The position numbers were made by a program, and so were the translations under genes. The notes under the pieces were generated by a model that had not been told where the DNA came from, did not search any database, and saw only the letters and a program-made list of their open reading frames with translations. DNA of 44,717 nucleotides from Fidelibacterota bacterium TCS56 (GTDB lineage Bacteria > Fidelibacterota > Marinisomatia > Marinisomatales > TCS56), in NCBI GenBank assembly GCA_001577055.1, contig LSCG01000003.1, positions 1 to 44,717 on the forward strand, read 5' to 3'. Within the stretch, counting starts at the first letter, position 1. Each line of letters begins with the position of its first letter. Positions 16,006-26,254 of this stretch are shown piece by piece.

Positions 16006-18783
16006 TTAAAAATAAAAGCCCCACTGTACCAACCATCGCCAACCCCAGCGATGGCCACTATTCAGCGGGTGTGAAATCCATAGCGGCAGGTAAAGCCCCA
16101 ATTCCACCACCGATTGCGATTCCAGGCCGATTCCGGCAGCGGCGTAAACCGGGTTATCAAGCAGGTCCCGCCAGCGATCATCAATTACGCCGCCGGCTTT
16201 CCCGGCCAAAGCGCCATCGATATAAACCATGGGCCATACCGGCAGGTTGGTTTCGACCCCGATACTGAAGCCCCCACCGACTACCGAATTCCAGCGCTGG
16301 TCTTCAACCGGGGTGAAACCACGGAACAGGGGCACGAAATCATCCCGGGGACGCCAGGCGCGCAGTTTATGTTCCAATCGATAACGCAGATAATTACTAC
16401 CGCGTTCATCCCAGACCATACCGTTCTCAAAATGTGCCCGTAAAATCAGCAGGTGTCCGGCGTGACGCTCCACATCAGCCATGGCCGACAAGCGGATAAA
16501 ATCACCGCCCCGTTGCTGAACGGCGCGCCCTATCACCAGGGCTAATTGCAGGTTCGAGCGTTGTGTCCGGTCATAGCGAAAGCGGACCAGATCAGCTTCC
16601 AGGGTGTAGAGCTTACCGCGTAACCAGTCACGGTTGGGAGCTGTCGTAAAGAATTCTGTCCGGCGGATCTTTCCCGTCAGCCGCTGATAGGCCGAACGGC
16701 GATGGGCCACCAGATACTGCGTGCGCCCCAAATATCGACTGAAGGCCAGGGATTGGGTATTGCGAGGATATTCCAGGCGTGCCTGCGCTTCCCAATAGGT
16801 GCGGTCAATGGCATTTAATGGCGTCCGGTAGGTAATACCAACCCCCAGTTGGTGTTCACCTGCCAGAACCGGAGCCAGTGAGGCTTCCAACTCAAACGAA
16901 TGCCGGTAATAGGCCGGTAATATCGGTTGCAGGTTCAGCCCCAAGCCACCATTTATCACTGCGCCAAATCGCCACAGACCGCGCCAGTCCTGCCGGATTT
17001 GCGGTCGATAATAAAATTTATACACTTCCCAACTGGGCAGGCCGTAAATAGGTTGAAACCTGATTGACCGCGGCCAGCGATTATTGAACCGGTTGGCATC
17101 GTAAATCAGATTATCAGGGTCGAGTACTACACTTTTTATGTGGCTGTCGGTAATCAGATTTATATCCTGATCGGGATGCAGATACTGATCGCGGCGGAGA
17201 ATAGTATCATTGGCGGTGGTGACTATTTCCAAATCTACCGGCAGGGACCAGTCACCGTCGAAATCGGTAATGATCCGATTATTCCAGCGCCGATCCTTCC
17301 GGCCCGAAGTTTGGACATCGTCCACACTAAAATCGGGCCGCAGACCGGTGGTCAGCGCCAGGCGAAAACGATCGGCGGTTGCACGGACCGAATGGGTTTC
17401 TATCACGGAAATAAAGCGGTCAGTGGAAACGGATTGATTACGGTTAATACGCACAAAATCAAGCATGATTTCCCGCATCAGACTGTCGCCAACCGCCGCC
17501 TGCAGCATTTGCAGGGCCTGGCGGCCAGCGACAATCCGGCTGTAAAGCAAAGCCTGATTTTCCCAACCGAGTGATTGCTCCGGTTCATACAGCGGCGGAA
17601 TGACCGACTGCCCCAGCAGGCGATGTAGCATTCGCATGATTTCCTCGGCGGTCAAATCATCAAAATCACGCCAGATGGTCTCGATAATACGCAGCGCTTC
17701 CCAGTGATCTCCCGCCGGTGTTTGAGCGCGTTCCACTTGATAGCCACCGGCAGCATATTCGGCAAATGAATCCATCAGCCAGCTTTCACGGCTGGCATTC
17801 GTCGTCAGCGAATTCCCGAACCACTGCCGGGCGAATAACTGCGGCAATAACTCGGACATTTCGCGGAAATTATCCTGCAATACAATCAGATTGGGGTAGG
17901 CCGCCGCTTTGCGGTTAAGGGAGTGAACGACGGCAAACGCCAGTTTATCATGGGGACAGGCACCAAACTGCCGGGCATAAAATTGATTCAGATCAGCCAA
18001 TTGGGCGAGCAGCGCCGGAACGTACGCGGCCTCCGACGGGGGAAATAGCAGTTCCACTGATATATCGTCAATCACCAGTTGCTGATGAATAAAGCCTTCG
18101 GCCAATACGGCCGAATATCCCCGGGAGTTATTGGCATAATACTGCTTTCTTATTCGTGTGTTCGTCAGGGTATCGGTACGGGCACAGTGGGCAGCACTGA
18201 CAATAGCAAGGCGAGCGGGATATTCTATTGCAATCTCATAATCAGCCGGATTACCGTTGGCGGTAGGGTGGCCGAAATCACGTCTCTGCCAGCCCTCACC
18301 GTTAAACGGCGCTACCCGCGGGTAAAAATTGACCAGGTTGTACACTTCCATGCCAGTATCACCGCTGAGGGTAGGCGCAAAAGTGTCCGCCTGCCGTCCC
18401 AGGCGTGTTTCGAAAGCCACATCGATGATAATAGACTCACCGCTGCCCAGCGCAGGGAAAATTCCCAGGCGTACCACATCACCGCTGTCAACTGTACTCC
18501 GCTCGAGACTGGTACTGCGGATTCCGGTGATGTTTATGCTGGCATTTTCTTCCCCGGTATGGGTAGCGCCTGCTGTGCGGCAAATATAAATTTCGCTGAG
18601 TTCCGCTTCCCGGTGATTAGTGAGATGAATGCGGTTGCTGCCAATGATGCGTCCCGCGGATTCATCGTCGGCCGGATGGAAATCGATACTGAGATCATAG
18701 CGGACATCCAGGTTGCCGGCGGAAATAATACCACAAAGCACCAGGCAGAGTATTGGCAGGAATTTGATTGGGGAATACTTCAA
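16006..18783 (-). CDS. Fusion protein: degenerate M1-aminopeptidase-like domain plus a C-terminal Omp85/surface-antigen-type beta-barrel
   Basis: AAAYPNL and QLFARQWFGNSLTTNASRESWLMDSFAEY align to the M1 motifs GAMEN and HExxHQWFGN..WLNEGFA, with the metal ligands replaced. The C-terminus has an LFRGF (VRGF-like) motif and ends ..WGFYF. The start is taken at TTG 18783, giving MKYSPIKFLPILCLVLCG. The track's ATG at 18861 would overlap the upstream gene by 68 nt. Confidence 0.6.
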   Translation of the reverse strand: MKYSPIKFLPILCLVLCGIISAGNLDVRYDLSIDFHPADDESAGRIIGSNRIHLTNHREAELSEIYICRTAGATHTGEENASINITGIRSTSLERSTVDSGDVVRLGIFPALGSGESIIIDVAFETRLGRQADTFAPTLSGDTGMEVYNLVNFYPRVAPFNGEGWQRRDFGHPTANGNPADYEIAIEYPARLAIVSAAHCARTDTLTNTRIRKQYYANNSRGYSAVLAEGFIHQQLVIDDISVELLFPPSEAAYVPALLAQLADLNQFYARQFGACPHDKLAFAVVHSLNRKAAAYPNLIVLQDNFREMSELLPQLFARQWFGNSLTTNASRESWLMDSFAEYAAGGYQVERAQTPAGDHWEALRIIETIWRDFDDLTAEEIMRMLHRLLGQSVIPPLYEPEQSLGWENQALLYSRIVAGRQALQMLQAAVGDSLMREIMLDFVRINRNQSVSTDRFISVIETHSVRATADRFRLALTTGLRPDFSVDDVQTSGRKDRRWNNRIITDFDGDWSLPVDLEIVTTANDTILRRDQYLHPDQDINLITDSHIKSVVLDPDNLIYDANRFNNRWPRSIRFQPIYGLPSWEVYKFYYRPQIRQDWRGLWRFGAVINGGLGLNLQPILPAYYRHSFELEASLAPVLAGEHQLGVGITYRTPLNAIDRTYWEAQARLEYPRNTQSLAFSRYLGRTQYLVAHRRSAYQRLTGKIRRTEFFTTAPNRDWLRGKLYTLEADLVRFRYDRTQRSNLQLALVIGRAVQQRGGDFIRLSAMADVERHAGHLLILRAHFENGMVWDERGSNYLRYRLEHKLRAWRPRDDFVPLFRGFTPVEDQRWNSVVGGGFSIGVETNLPVWPMVYIDGALAGKAGGVIDDRWRDLLDNPVYAAAGIGLESQSVVELGLYLPLWISHPLNSGHRWGWRWLVQWGFYF

Positions 18784-18793
18784 CTTTGATCGG

Positions 18794-19717
18794 CTATAGC
18801 GCAACTCCCAGTCCGCCTCCCAGGCTCCAGGCGCCGGGTCCGTAGAAATAACCACCGGCATCGACCGTAAATCTGGCGTTGGTCAGCGACAGATTCAAGC
18901 CGCTGGCCGCCAGAAAATCACGCAATTCCTGGTTACCCGATCCCTGGTTGATTTTATCGGTACTGGTACCCCAGCGCAACTCTAATCCCGGCACCAGTGT
19001 AAAGATACCACTGATTGCCGCCCAGGGCTCCGTCTGATCTTCGTAATAACCCACATCCAGCGCAATTTCAAGAGGCAGATAAGCCAATTGCCGCGATACG
19101 GCCACCACCGCCAGGGTCGGTAATCGTTCCTGATAGTCCGTATAATTATCCAAAACAATTCCCAGATTACGCACAGTCAATCCCAACTTGATCCGGTAGG
19201 CGGGTATATCCACCAGTAAACCGGGCGTGAATACCAGGGCGCTGGCATTAAAATTACCGAGACTGCTGGAATGCAGTCCGGAGGTTAAACCATAATGGAG
19301 ATTGCCGCTGCCCAGTGAGCCGGCCACGGACATTGTCACCCAGGTATCGGCCACGCGGTAATCACCGGTACGATTGGCGTTATCGTCATAGCCTTCGAAG
19401 GAACCATAATTGAGATGGCGGATTCCCAAAGCAATATTCATCCGCTCCCGTAATCGCCGGTATTCGGCCAGGCCGGCCTTGATATCCGCCGGGTAGCGCA
19501 CAAAACCGGTGATCACCCGGTCCTTGCCGTAAACCAGGGCGGCTGGATTTACCCGGGCGGCTTCGGCGCCGGCAAATACCGAACTGCCCAGAGCCAATCC
19601 CTGGCTGTGATAGGCGGAATTGAGCCCGCCAAAAGCGGTCTGGGCCGTAAGCCGGGAGCCAACACTAATCAGCGCTAAACCCAGCAGCAGGGCCTGTATT
19701 GAATAACTGTTTTTCAT
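18794..19717 (-). CDS. PorV/PorQ-family outer-membrane beta-barrel protein
   Basis: 307 aa. It has a signal peptide, then ..FGGLNSAYHSQGLALGSSVFAGAEAARVNPAAL.., which is typical of the family. It overlaps the priA stop by 4 nt. Confidence 0.6.
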   Translation of the reverse strand: MKNSYSIQALLLGLALISVGSRLTAQTAFGGLNSAYHSQGLALGSSVFAGAEAARVNPAALVYGKDRVITGFVRYPADIKAGLAEYRRLRERMNIALGIRHLNYGSFEGYDDNANRTGDYRVADTWVTMSVAGSLGSGNLHYGLTSGLHSSSLGNFNASALVFTPGLLVDIPAYRIKLGLTVRNLGIVLDNYTDYQERLPTLAVVAVSRQLAYLPLEIALDVGYYEDQTEPWAAISGIFTLVPGLELRWGTSTDKINQGSGNQELRDFLAASGLNLSLTNARFTVDAGGYFYGPGAWSLGGGLGVAL

Positions 19718-21945
19718 AATAGTGATACCGGATCGATATCGATTTGCAGTCTCACCCGCCCCGGTATCTTAAAATCTCTGTCCGGGGGAAAATTACGGTG
19801 CAAATACTCATGAAGTCGATTACCATTTGGATCCTGGGATTTGGATGATTTAATTACGATTTGCCAGCGATAGTTATTGCGCAATTTCTCACGGTAGCAA
19901 GGAGCCGGCCCCAGGATTTCCATCCCTTTTTCCGCTGCTGCCAGCGACTTCCTGACGCGCGCCGCGCCGCGGGTCACCTGATTATTATCGGGACCGTACA
20001 ATTCCATCCTTACAATCCAACTGAAAGGCGGGTACTGAAGTTCCTGGCGCTCGCTGAGGGCGATATTATAATATTGCTTCAAATCCAGGCGCGTGGCCTG
20101 TTTAATCACCGGATTATCCGGGTTATATGTTTGTACAACCACTTCCCCCGGTTTCTGGTGGCGGCCGGCACGACCGGCGGATTGATAGACCAGTTGAAAT
20201 ACCCGTTCCCCGGCCCGGAAGTCGGGCAGGAACATGCCGGTGTCGGCATTAATAATGCCCACCAGGGTGGCATTCTCAAAATCAAGGCCTTTGGCAATCA
20301 TCTGCGTCCCCAGCAGAATGTCGATTTTGCCCTGTCCGAAAGCCTCCAATGTTGATGTAAGTTGGGTGCCGGTGCGGGTGGAGTCCAGGTCCAGGCGGGC
20401 GATACGGGCCGCCGGAAAGGTGCTTTGTAACAGGTCTTCCACTTTTTGGGTGCCGGTTCCCAGCAGACGCAGGTCGTTGCCCTGGCATTCATCACAGAAT
20501 TGCGGCGGTTGACGGCGGGTGAACCCACAGAAATGGCATTGCAAATTATCATGGGTGCGATGGTAAGTCAGCGTAAGCTGGCAATGAGGACACATGACCA
20601 CTTCACCGCAGTCGCCACAACGCAGCAGGGGCGAATACCCGCGCCGGTTCTGCAAGAGGATCACCTGTTCCCCCGCTCCCAGCCGCTGGTTGATTTTATC
20701 CTGCAACAACCCGGAAATCACCAGTCCGGCCTTGCCCGTCTCCTCCTGCTCGCTATTCATATCCACCACATGTACCTGAGGATAACTGGCCCGGCCGTAG
20801 CGTTCTCCCAGATAGAGGTAGTCCAGTTTGCCCTGCAATTGATTATAATAGCTTTCCAGGCTGGGGGTGGCAGAGGCCAGTAAAACGGTGGCGCCGCTGA
20901 TTTTCCCCCGCATGAGGGCCACATCGCGGGCGTGGTAGCGGGGCGCCGGTGATTCCTGTTTATAGGATTGCTCCTGCTCTTCATCCACCACAATCAGACC
21001 CAGGTTGCGGACGGGAGCAAAGATTGCGCTGCGGGCGCCGATCACCACCTTAAAGCTACCGGCGCAAATCTGGCGCCAGGTCCAGGCCCGGGCCGACTGG
21101 GTCAATTTGGAGTGCCAGAGCGCTACTGTTTCGCCGAACACGGCCCGGAAGCGGCCGGCAATCTGGGGAGTAAGAGCAATCTCGGGTAAAAGCATGATGG
21201 CCGTCTGACCCTGCTCCAGCACCTGTCGCACCAGCTCAATATAAATTTCTGTTTTACCGCTGCCCGTAACACCGTGAAGCAGGGCGGCATGAAATTCACC
21301 TGTGTCCAGATGAGGTGAAATCTTGTCCAGTATGGCCTGCTGGGCCGGGGAGAAATCTATTTCTTTATCGATGGGGGCAAAGGAAAAACCGGTAGCATCG
21401 GGGAGTTTGATTTGCTCGGTTAATTCCACCAATCCCTGATCGGCCAGTTTGCGACAGAGTCCCCGTGGATTGGATGCCAGTCCCGACAGCGAGGTCACCG
21501 GTAGCCGCTCGGCGTGATCAGCCAATTGTTGCAGAAGGCGGGCCTGGGCCGGTTTCCGTTTTTGCAGCGTTTCGAAATCCGAGCCCCACGATTTAAACGC
21601 TGCCAACAATTGAGATGGCGGCTGATAGCTGGTTGTCAGGCTGGCCGGAAAAGCGGTCTTGGCTACCTGTCCGATCGGCGTTAAATAATAGCGACTGAGC
21701 CAATTGAGTAATTCCCACAGATGGTCATCCATCACCTGCAGATCGTCCACCAGTGATTTAATCGACCGGATTTTACCGGCGAAATCAGATTGCTGACGAC
21801 AGGCTACAACCAGCCCCGTCAGGTTGCGTCGGCCCAGGGGCGCCCGGACCCGCATACCTACCGCCAACTGATTTCTTAATTCCGTTGGAATGCGATAGGT
21901 GAAAGTCTGATAACTGGAGATCGGAAAGGCCACATCGGCAAACAT
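19714..21945 (-). CDS. priA: Primosomal protein N' (replication restart helicase PriA)
   Basis: It has Walker A GVTGSGKT, a DEEQ box and a Cys-rich zinc module CGDCGEVVMCPHCQLTLTYH..CHFCG..CDEC. The start is taken at MFADVAFPI (21945). The track ORF begins at 22023, which has an AAGGGGG SD but adds a hydrophobic 26-aa extension. Confidence 0.9.
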   Translation of the reverse strand: MFADVAFPISSYQTFTYRIPTELRNQLAVGMRVRAPLGRRNLTGLVVACRQQSDFAGKIRSIKSLVDDLQVMDDHLWELLNWLSRYYLTPIGQVAKTAFPASLTTSYQPPSQLLAAFKSWGSDFETLQKRKPAQARLLQQLADHAERLPVTSLSGLASNPRGLCRKLADQGLVELTEQIKLPDATGFSFAPIDKEIDFSPAQQAILDKISPHLDTGEFHAALLHGVTGSGKTEIYIELVRQVLEQGQTAIMLLPEIALTPQIAGRFRAVFGETVALWHSKLTQSARAWTWRQICAGSFKVVIGARSAIFAPVRNLGLIVVDEEQEQSYKQESPAPRYHARDVALMRGKISGATVLLASATPSLESYYNQLQGKLDYLYLGERYGRASYPQVHVVDMNSEQEETGKAGLVISGLLQDKINQRLGAGEQVILLQNRRGYSPLLRCGDCGEVVMCPHCQLTLTYHRTHDNLQCHFCGFTRRQPPQFCDECQGNDLRLLGTGTQKVEDLLQSTFPAARIARLDLDSTRTGTQLTSTLEAFGQGKIDILLGTQMIAKGLDFENATLVGIINADTGMFLPDFRAGERVFQLVYQSAGRAGRHQKPGEVVVQTYNPDNPVIKQATRLDLKQYYNIALSERQELQYPPFSWIVRMELYGPDNNQVTRGAARVRKSLAAAEKGMEILGPAPCYREKLRNNYRWQIVIKSSKSQDPNGNRLHEYLHRNFPPDRDFKIPGRVRLQIDIDPVSLL

Positions 21946-22046
21946 AACCGATGAAAATAGCTGGTCTGCCACGCCCGAGGCAACAGCAATTAAAAGCAAC
22001 ACCGATTTTACTGCACGGCACATATCCGCCCCCTTAAATTCATAAC

Positions 22047-22808
22047 ATGCCCAGCATAACTGAAATCAAGCGAATACGTTCGTTATCATATAAGAAATAT
22101 CGTCAATTGGAACGGCGGTTTATTATTGAGGGTCACCGCTTAGTTGCCAGCGCCCTGGAATCCGGATTCAACCTGGAGAAAATATATTTTGATCATGATT
22201 TCCACGATCTGCCCGCCAACCGGACGGTGGTTAATCAGATCAAAAAACAACCACTGGAATGGGAATTGGTGGATCGGCGGCCGATGGAGAAAATGGCCGC
22301 CACCAAGTCACCGTCCGGGATCCTGGCAGTGGCGGAATTACCATCGATGGAATTAGCTAGAGATGATATTCTGCCTGAAGGAAACTGGTTGTATCTGGAC
22401 CGTCTGTCAGATCCCGGCAATCTGGGCACCCTGATCCGCACGGCGGCCTGGTTTGATATCAGGAATATCGGACTTTCCCCCGGTTGTGCCGATCCCTGGA
22501 ATCCCAAAGTAGTGCGCAGTGGAATGGGGGGGCATTTTGCCGTCAATATTTTTGAATTGGAATTATCAAGATTAAAAACAGCGGGTCTGAAATTGGTGGG
22601 CGCCCACATGTCCGGGCAATCCGTGAACGAGAATTGGGATACTCCTGATCGCTGGGCCCTGATTTTAGGCAGCGAGGCCCACGGATTATCATCCGCCACT
22701 AGATCTCTGTTGGATTTGAACGTGGCAATACCCAGGCTGGGCAGCGGAGAATCGCTGAATGTGGCCGCCGCCGGAGCGATTTTATTGAACCGGCTGACAG
22801 CGGGCTGA
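22047..22808 (+). CDS. TrmH/SpoU-family RNA 2'-O-methyltransferase
   Basis: 253 aa. Matches are LDRLSDPGNLGTLIRTAAWF, ALILGSEAHGLS and IPRLGSGESLNVAAAGAILL. Confidence 0.9.
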   Translation: MPSITEIKRIRSLSYKKYRQLERRFIIEGHRLVASALESGFNLEKIYFDHDFHDLPANRTVVNQIKKQPLEWELVDRRPMEKMAATKSPSGILAVAELPSMELARDDILPEGNWLYLDRLSDPGNLGTLIRTAAWFDIRNIGLSPGCADPWNPKVVRSGMGGHFAVNIFELELSRLKTAGLKLVGAHMSGQSVNENWDTPDRWALILGSEAHGLSSATRSLLDLNVAIPRLGSGESLNVAAAGAILLNRLTAG

Positions 22809-22966
22809 TTCGCATATTCAACAAGGGTTGGCGATAAAAATTTTGCAGGGATTACTGGGACAAAACGTGTCTTGCCCCTACCCCTCCGCCCCTTTTGGTT
22901 TAGATTTTCTTTGTGCAACAGGTATTGTAATTTTAGCGGTTATGACTTGTCAGGATTTAGAGCCCA

Positions 22967-23755
22967 ATGACCCCGAACCCCACTGCCGCCAATGCCTTTC
23001 GCGTAGTACTGGTTTCCGTACTGCTGGCAATTATGCTGTCACTGCTGGTCGGGGTGGCCCTGGGGCCTGAAGCCGATCCCCAACTGTTATTCTATATCTC
23101 TATTTTCATCGGCCAGGGCTTTATCGTCATTCCCCTGATTTTCATCCTGCAGCGGCAGGGTCTGTCCCTCTTCCACTGGCTACGGCTTAATCCGGTAAAC
23201 GGACAGGTGGTACTGGCAGCGATTTTGATGGCGGCGGGCGCCGTCATGCTTTCCGATGAATTGGATCGATTAGTCATGCTGTTGTTCCAAGACACCGAAG
23301 CCATTGAGCAATTGAATGAATACCTGGTGGCACCTTCGACCAGCCAGGGATTGATCCTGTTTTTGGGGGTAGGAATATTTGCGCCAATCGGTGAAGAATT
23401 GCTGTTTCGCGGCTTTCTGCAACAGGCCCTGGAGCGCCACTGGAAAGATGTAACCCGGGCCGTGCTGATCTCGGCCCTGACATTCGCCGTTGTGCACTTA
23501 AATCCCTACTGGCTGATACAAGCCTATATTATGGGCGTCCTGCTGGGCTATCTGGCCTGGTCAACCGATTCGGTAATCCCGGCGGTGATTTTCCACGGGG
23601 TTTACAACTCGCTGGCCCTGCTGCTGGCCAATATCTACGCTGAGACCGAGCCCTTCTATCTGTGGAATAATCATGTTTCGCCGGTCTGGCTGTTGTTGTC
23701 TTCAGCAGTATTGGTGTTTGGTTTCATCATCCTCAAGCAAGCGAACGAGGTCTAA
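22967..23755 (+). CDS. CPBP-family intramembrane glutamic endopeptidase (CAAX protease/Abi)
   Basis: It is multi-TM and carries EELLFRGFLQ, FAVVHL and FHGVYN motifs. Confidence 0.85.
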   Translation: MTPNPTAANAFRVVLVSVLLAIMLSLLVGVALGPEADPQLLFYISIFIGQGFIVIPLIFILQRQGLSLFHWLRLNPVNGQVVLAAILMAAGAVMLSDELDRLVMLLFQDTEAIEQLNEYLVAPSTSQGLILFLGVGIFAPIGEELLFRGFLQQALERHWKDVTRAVLISALTFAVVHLNPYWLIQAYIMGVLLGYLAWSTDSVIPAVIFHGVYNSLALLLANIYAETEPFYLWNNHVSPVWLLLSSAVLVFGFIILKQANEV

Positions 23756-23757
23756 TT

Positions 23758-25128
23758 ATGAGAAAAGAGATGTTCGGACATGAAATCGCCGTTTTGCGCG
23801 ATACCTTTCGCCGCCTGTTACGTCGCCATGCCAAGGTTAATTTGCAAAAGTTACTCGAAAAGACCCACCCGGCTGATCTGGCCCTGATCTACCGCCATTT
23901 CAATGAGGATGAGCAGAAGGCACTTTTCTCATTAATGGAAACCAGTGAACAAACGGCGGAGTTTCTGGGCGAATTGGATGAATCGATTCTACATGATCTG
24001 CTGGTAAATGAATCACCGCAGCGAATAGCTAACGTGATTCGCGAAGCCGGCACCAATGACCAGGCCCTGATCCTGGGGCTGCTGCCGGTGGAATTGACTA
24101 AATCCATCCTGGAATTGATGCATGACGAAGACCAGGAAGAAGTGGAAGAAATGATGGCCTACCCGGAGGACAGCGCCGGCAGCCTGATGTACACCGATGT
24201 TTTCACCATGCACGAGGAAACCCGGGCCGGCGAGGCTATCGCCGCACTCCAATCGTTTGAGAAAGCGGAAATGGTTTTTTATCTATATGTCACCGATGAC
24301 GAAGGCCGCCTGGCCGGTGTGATATCCCTGCGCGATCTGGTAACCACCCCGGCGGACGTCCATCTGGAAGACATTATGATTAAGCATGTTTTCTCGGTCA
24401 GGCCGGAAACCGATCAGGAGGAAGTGGCGAAAATCGTTTCCCGCTATAATTATCTGGCCGTACCGGTCATTGATGTGGACAACAAAATCCTGGGGATTGT
24501 GACCGTGGATGATGTCGTGGACGTAATCCGTGAGGAGGCTACCGAAGACTTCCTGCAGATGGCCGGGGTTGGCAAGGACCGGGAGATACTGCTTAAATCA
24601 AGCTGGGATAACGCCAAGAGTCGCCTGCCGTGGCTGTTTACCAGTTGGATGGGAGGAATAGCGGCGGCAATGATAATCGGCGTATTCGATTCCGCGCTGG
24701 AAAGCATGGTGGCCCTGGCGGCCTTTATTCCGGTGGTAATCGGCATGGGTGGTAATATCGGCACTCAGTCATCCACGATTGTGGTCCGGGGACTGGCCAC
24801 CGGCCGGGTTGAGGTCGGCAATACTTTTATGGTAATTTTCAAGGAAATCAAGGTAGGGCTGATTCTGGGGGTATTTTATGGCCTGCTGCTGGGTATCGTA
24901 GCCTATCTGCGCTTTATTTCCGGTCCGCCCCTGCTGGGTGTGGTCGTGGGCCTCAGTATCTGTATATCCATGCTGATTGCCGCCACCATCGGGACATTTG
25001 TTCCCCTGTTTCTGCGCCGTATGGATATTGATCCGGCTATCGCCACCGGTCCGTTCGTCACTACCAGTATTGACGTACTGGGCGTACTGTTTTACTTTAT
25101 GATTGCCACTGCCCTGCTGCCGATTTGA
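23758..25128 (+). CDS. mgtE: Magnesium transporter MgtE
   Basis: 456 aa. It has an N-domain, a CBS pair (..VTDDEGRLAGVISLRDL.. and ..VIDVDNKILGIVTVDDV..) and a TM domain with GMGGNIGTQSS. Confidence 0.95.
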   Translation: MRKEMFGHEIAVLRDTFRRLLRRHAKVNLQKLLEKTHPADLALIYRHFNEDEQKALFSLMETSEQTAEFLGELDESILHDLLVNESPQRIANVIREAGTNDQALILGLLPVELTKSILELMHDEDQEEVEEMMAYPEDSAGSLMYTDVFTMHEETRAGEAIAALQSFEKAEMVFYLYVTDDEGRLAGVISLRDLVTTPADVHLEDIMIKHVFSVRPETDQEEVAKIVSRYNYLAVPVIDVDNKILGIVTVDDVVDVIREEATEDFLQMAGVGKDREILLKSSWDNAKSRLPWLFTSWMGGIAAAMIIGVFDSALESMVALAAFIPVVIGMGGNIGTQSSTIVVRGLATGRVEVGNTFMVIFKEIKVGLILGVFYGLLLGIVAYLRFISGPPLLGVVVGLSICISMLIAATIGTFVPLFLRRMDIDPAIATGPFVTTSIDVLGVLFYFMIATALLPI

Positions 25129-26240
25129 TGCCCATCCCAACCGTCGTACTGCTGGCCGCCCTGGGCGGATATCTGGCTTTCCTGGTTTATTTTATCGCCG
25201 GGCTGATAAAACTGCAGCGCTTCCGGCCGTCGCCTCCTGAAACCCGGCCTCCGGTATCGGTAGTGGTAGCGGCCCGCAATGAAGCACAACACCTGGCGTC
25301 CCTGCTGACCGCCTTGAAGCAGCAGGATTATCCGGCAGATAAAATTGAATTCATAATTGTGGATGATCGCTCCACCGACTCAACCGGTACGATTATTGAT
25401 TCGTTTAGCGAAAAAGATGGGCGTTTCAGGCCGATTCATATCAAGCAGGCCAACCCTGAGATGATCGGCAAGAAATGGGCTTTAACCTGCGGGATTGAGG
25501 CCGCCGCCGGTGAGATTATCGCCACAACCGACGCCGATTGCATCCCCGGAAAATCGTGGGTTGCATCCCTGGTGGCGGCGATGCAGCCGGAGGTGGGGGC
25601 CGTAGTGGGATATTCCGCCGTGACTGCCCGCGGCCAAGGCCTGCTGGATCAATACCAGCAGTTGGATTTCCAGGCCCTGATGACCACCAATGCCGGCAGC
25701 CTGGCCCAGAGAAAAATAGTCAGTGGTTCGGGCCAGAATCTGGCTTTCCGCAAACAGCTCTTCAGCGCTATCGATGGATTTAAGCAAATTGGCCGCTTTG
25801 AGTCCGGTGACGACACCTTCCTGGTTACCGCTATCGCCAGACAGGCGAAAGTCATTTTCAATCCTGATCCCCGCAGCTTTATTGTCACCGCACCCTCGCC
25901 GACCTGGCTTGATTTCATCCGCCAGCGCGGCCGCTGGTCCCATGACATAGGGATTCTGATCCGCCACCACCGGCAACCGCTGGTTTTTCTGGGCCTGGCA
26001 CTGATTCTGAATCTGATGATTCTAATCCATCTGCTGTTACCAGGCTGCTGGAATTCCATTTTCTGGAAGGTGTGGCTGATTAAAATGATCTTTGACGGAC
26101 TGGTGATTCAAATCGGACAACAGCTATTCCGGCAAAAATTCAGCCTCGGGTTAAAAATCTTATGGATGCTGGCCCAGCCGCTATATATTCCCGTGATTGG
26201 AATAATGGGGCGTTGCACAACTTTCAAGTGGAAAAATTAA
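25128..26240 (+). CDS. Membrane-embedded processive family-2 glycosyltransferase (NodC/HAS/cellulose-synthase-like)
   Basis: One N-terminal TM helix, then VSVVVAARNE, DDRSTDST, TTDADC, SGDDTF and QRGRW (QxxRW), followed by C-terminal TM helices. The ATG overlaps the mgtE stop (TGATG). Confidence 0.8.
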   Translation: MPIPTVVLLAALGGYLAFLVYFIAGLIKLQRFRPSPPETRPPVSVVVAARNEAQHLASLLTALKQQDYPADKIEFIIVDDRSTDSTGTIIDSFSEKDGRFRPIHIKQANPEMIGKKWALTCGIEAAAGEIIATTDADCIPGKSWVASLVAAMQPEVGAVVGYSAVTARGQGLLDQYQQLDFQALMTTNAGSLAQRKIVSGSGQNLAFRKQLFSAIDGFKQIGRFESGDDTFLVTAIARQAKVIFNPDPRSFIVTAPSPTWLDFIRQRGRWSHDIGILIRHHRQPLVFLGLALILNLMILIHLLLPGCWNSIFWKVWLIKMIFDGLVIQIGQQLFRQKFSLGLKILWMLAQPLYIPVIGIMGRCTTFKWKN

Positions 26241-26254
26241 AACAAGCACCAATC

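Noticed and set aside
21946-22023. N-terminal extensions offered by the longest-ORF track: priA to 22023, S9 peptidase to 9377, Wzi-like from 26162, porin to 6486, and M1/Omp85 to 18861.
   Set aside because: The extensions overlap upstream genes or add non-homologous residues ahead of a canonical N-terminus or signal peptide. Internal starts fit better. The priA case remains ambiguous, because ATG 22023 has an AAGGGGG SD but leaves only 23 nt to the divergent trmH-family gene.
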